From Haliotis rubra (Eukaryota), in contig NW_025767127.1 of the NCBI RefSeq assembly GCF_003918875.1, positions 62,001 to 126,000 of the forward strand: a stretch of 64,000 bases of DNA. Reading direction: 5' to 3'. This document shows, piece after piece, positions 63,170 to 64,000 of this stretch. Under the pieces are notes generated by a model. The model was given only the letters and a program-made list of their open reading frames with translations. It ran no database searches and was not told the origin of the DNA. Position 1 is the stretch's first letter, and each line of letters begins with the position of its first letter. Both the position numbers and the translations under genes were made by a program.

Positions 63170-63860
63170 TCATACAGACCCTGTACAGTCCCTCCTGGAT
63201 TCCACGGCAAATTTTTAAGAATTCCCCAGTAAATTTAAGTAAATTCTGCGTGCATCCCATTTTTCAAAATTCTGCAAAAGATTCTGCCTTTATATACATG
63301 AAAAAACAACAATATTTTAAAGAATTTCAAACTTTAATTCTTAGGCACAAAGCTGTAAATGTTTTAGATTAGAGCTTCATGACATTCAAGGTACAGCTGG
63401 CTCCAGGAGTTTTTCTGCATGAAAAGGTATTTTCCACAATTTATTCTGCAACCGCGAAATCACGGAATCCAGGAATCCAGGAGGAACTGCCTGCAGCAAA
63501 TATATCCAAGAAAGCCCAAGCAAGTCTAGAAAATGTGGCAAGTCTGGATTTCCACAGCTTCAGGGTCTCTAAAAAATGAAGAAAGTCTCAGGGCTCCTTT
63601 TCATTATGTTTTATTTTTTTTAATATGAGCTTTTTTCTGTAAAATATGTTCATTTCAGAGACTAGTTGTTAGTCTAGAAAACCTAGTCTGTCATACAGAC
63701 CCTGCAGCGAATATATTCAAGAAAGCCCACACAAGTCTAGAAAATATGGCAAGTCTAGATTTTCAGTCTCAGGGGCTCTTTTCATTTTATTTTATTTTTT
63801 TTACTTTGAGCTTTTTTTCTATAAAATATGTTCATTTCACACACTAGTCATTAGTCTAAA
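63170..63860 (+). repeat. ~215-bp dispersed/tandem repeat family E
   Basis: Unit catacagaccctgcagcaaatatatccaagaaagccc..caagtctagaaaatgtggcaagtctagatttcc..atgttcatttcagagactag. Two tandem copies here; others at ~57205-57395 (+) and ~60660-60870 (-). Confidence 0.85.
63186..63489. mobile_element. MITE inserted in a family E repeat
   Basis: TIRs cagtccctcctggattcc / ggaatccaggaggaactg; flanks cctgta / cctgca. Confidence 0.8.
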
Positions 63861-64000
63861 GAAAACCATATGGCTTATGAAAGGCTTGTAAAGCTGAAAG
63901 CCTTGTGAAGGAATATAGCTGTCATCATAAAGTGGATCAAAGGCTTTTCAAAGTATCATGATAGAGACATCAAGTTTACTGTATGAAACACGTCAATCAA

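Overview
AT-rich, repeat-dense eukaryotic (metazoan) DNA. The SINE repertoire suggests a mollusc, possibly abalone-like; this is inference. Two protein-coding genes are well supported, both on the minus strand. The first is an intronless 892-aa protein with two AT-hooks and nine C2H2 zinc fingers (36647-39325). The second is an 11-exon OST3/OST6-family gene (MAGT1/TUSC3 orthologue, 46473-54954). In the second gene a 664-bp foldback element sits exactly on the exon-2 splice acceptor, and the first ~32 conserved codons of exon 2 are missing, although the reading frame is preserved. The rest of the window holds at least five SINE families (one with a 5S-rRNA-derived segment), LINE relics, MITEs, a FLYWCH-bearing Mutator-like relic and Penelope-like ends with hammerhead-like cores. 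It also holds several 20/21-bp minisatellites with higher-order structure and a 1.4-kb tandem duplication with internal deletions. Most short ORFs in the supplied track are spurious.
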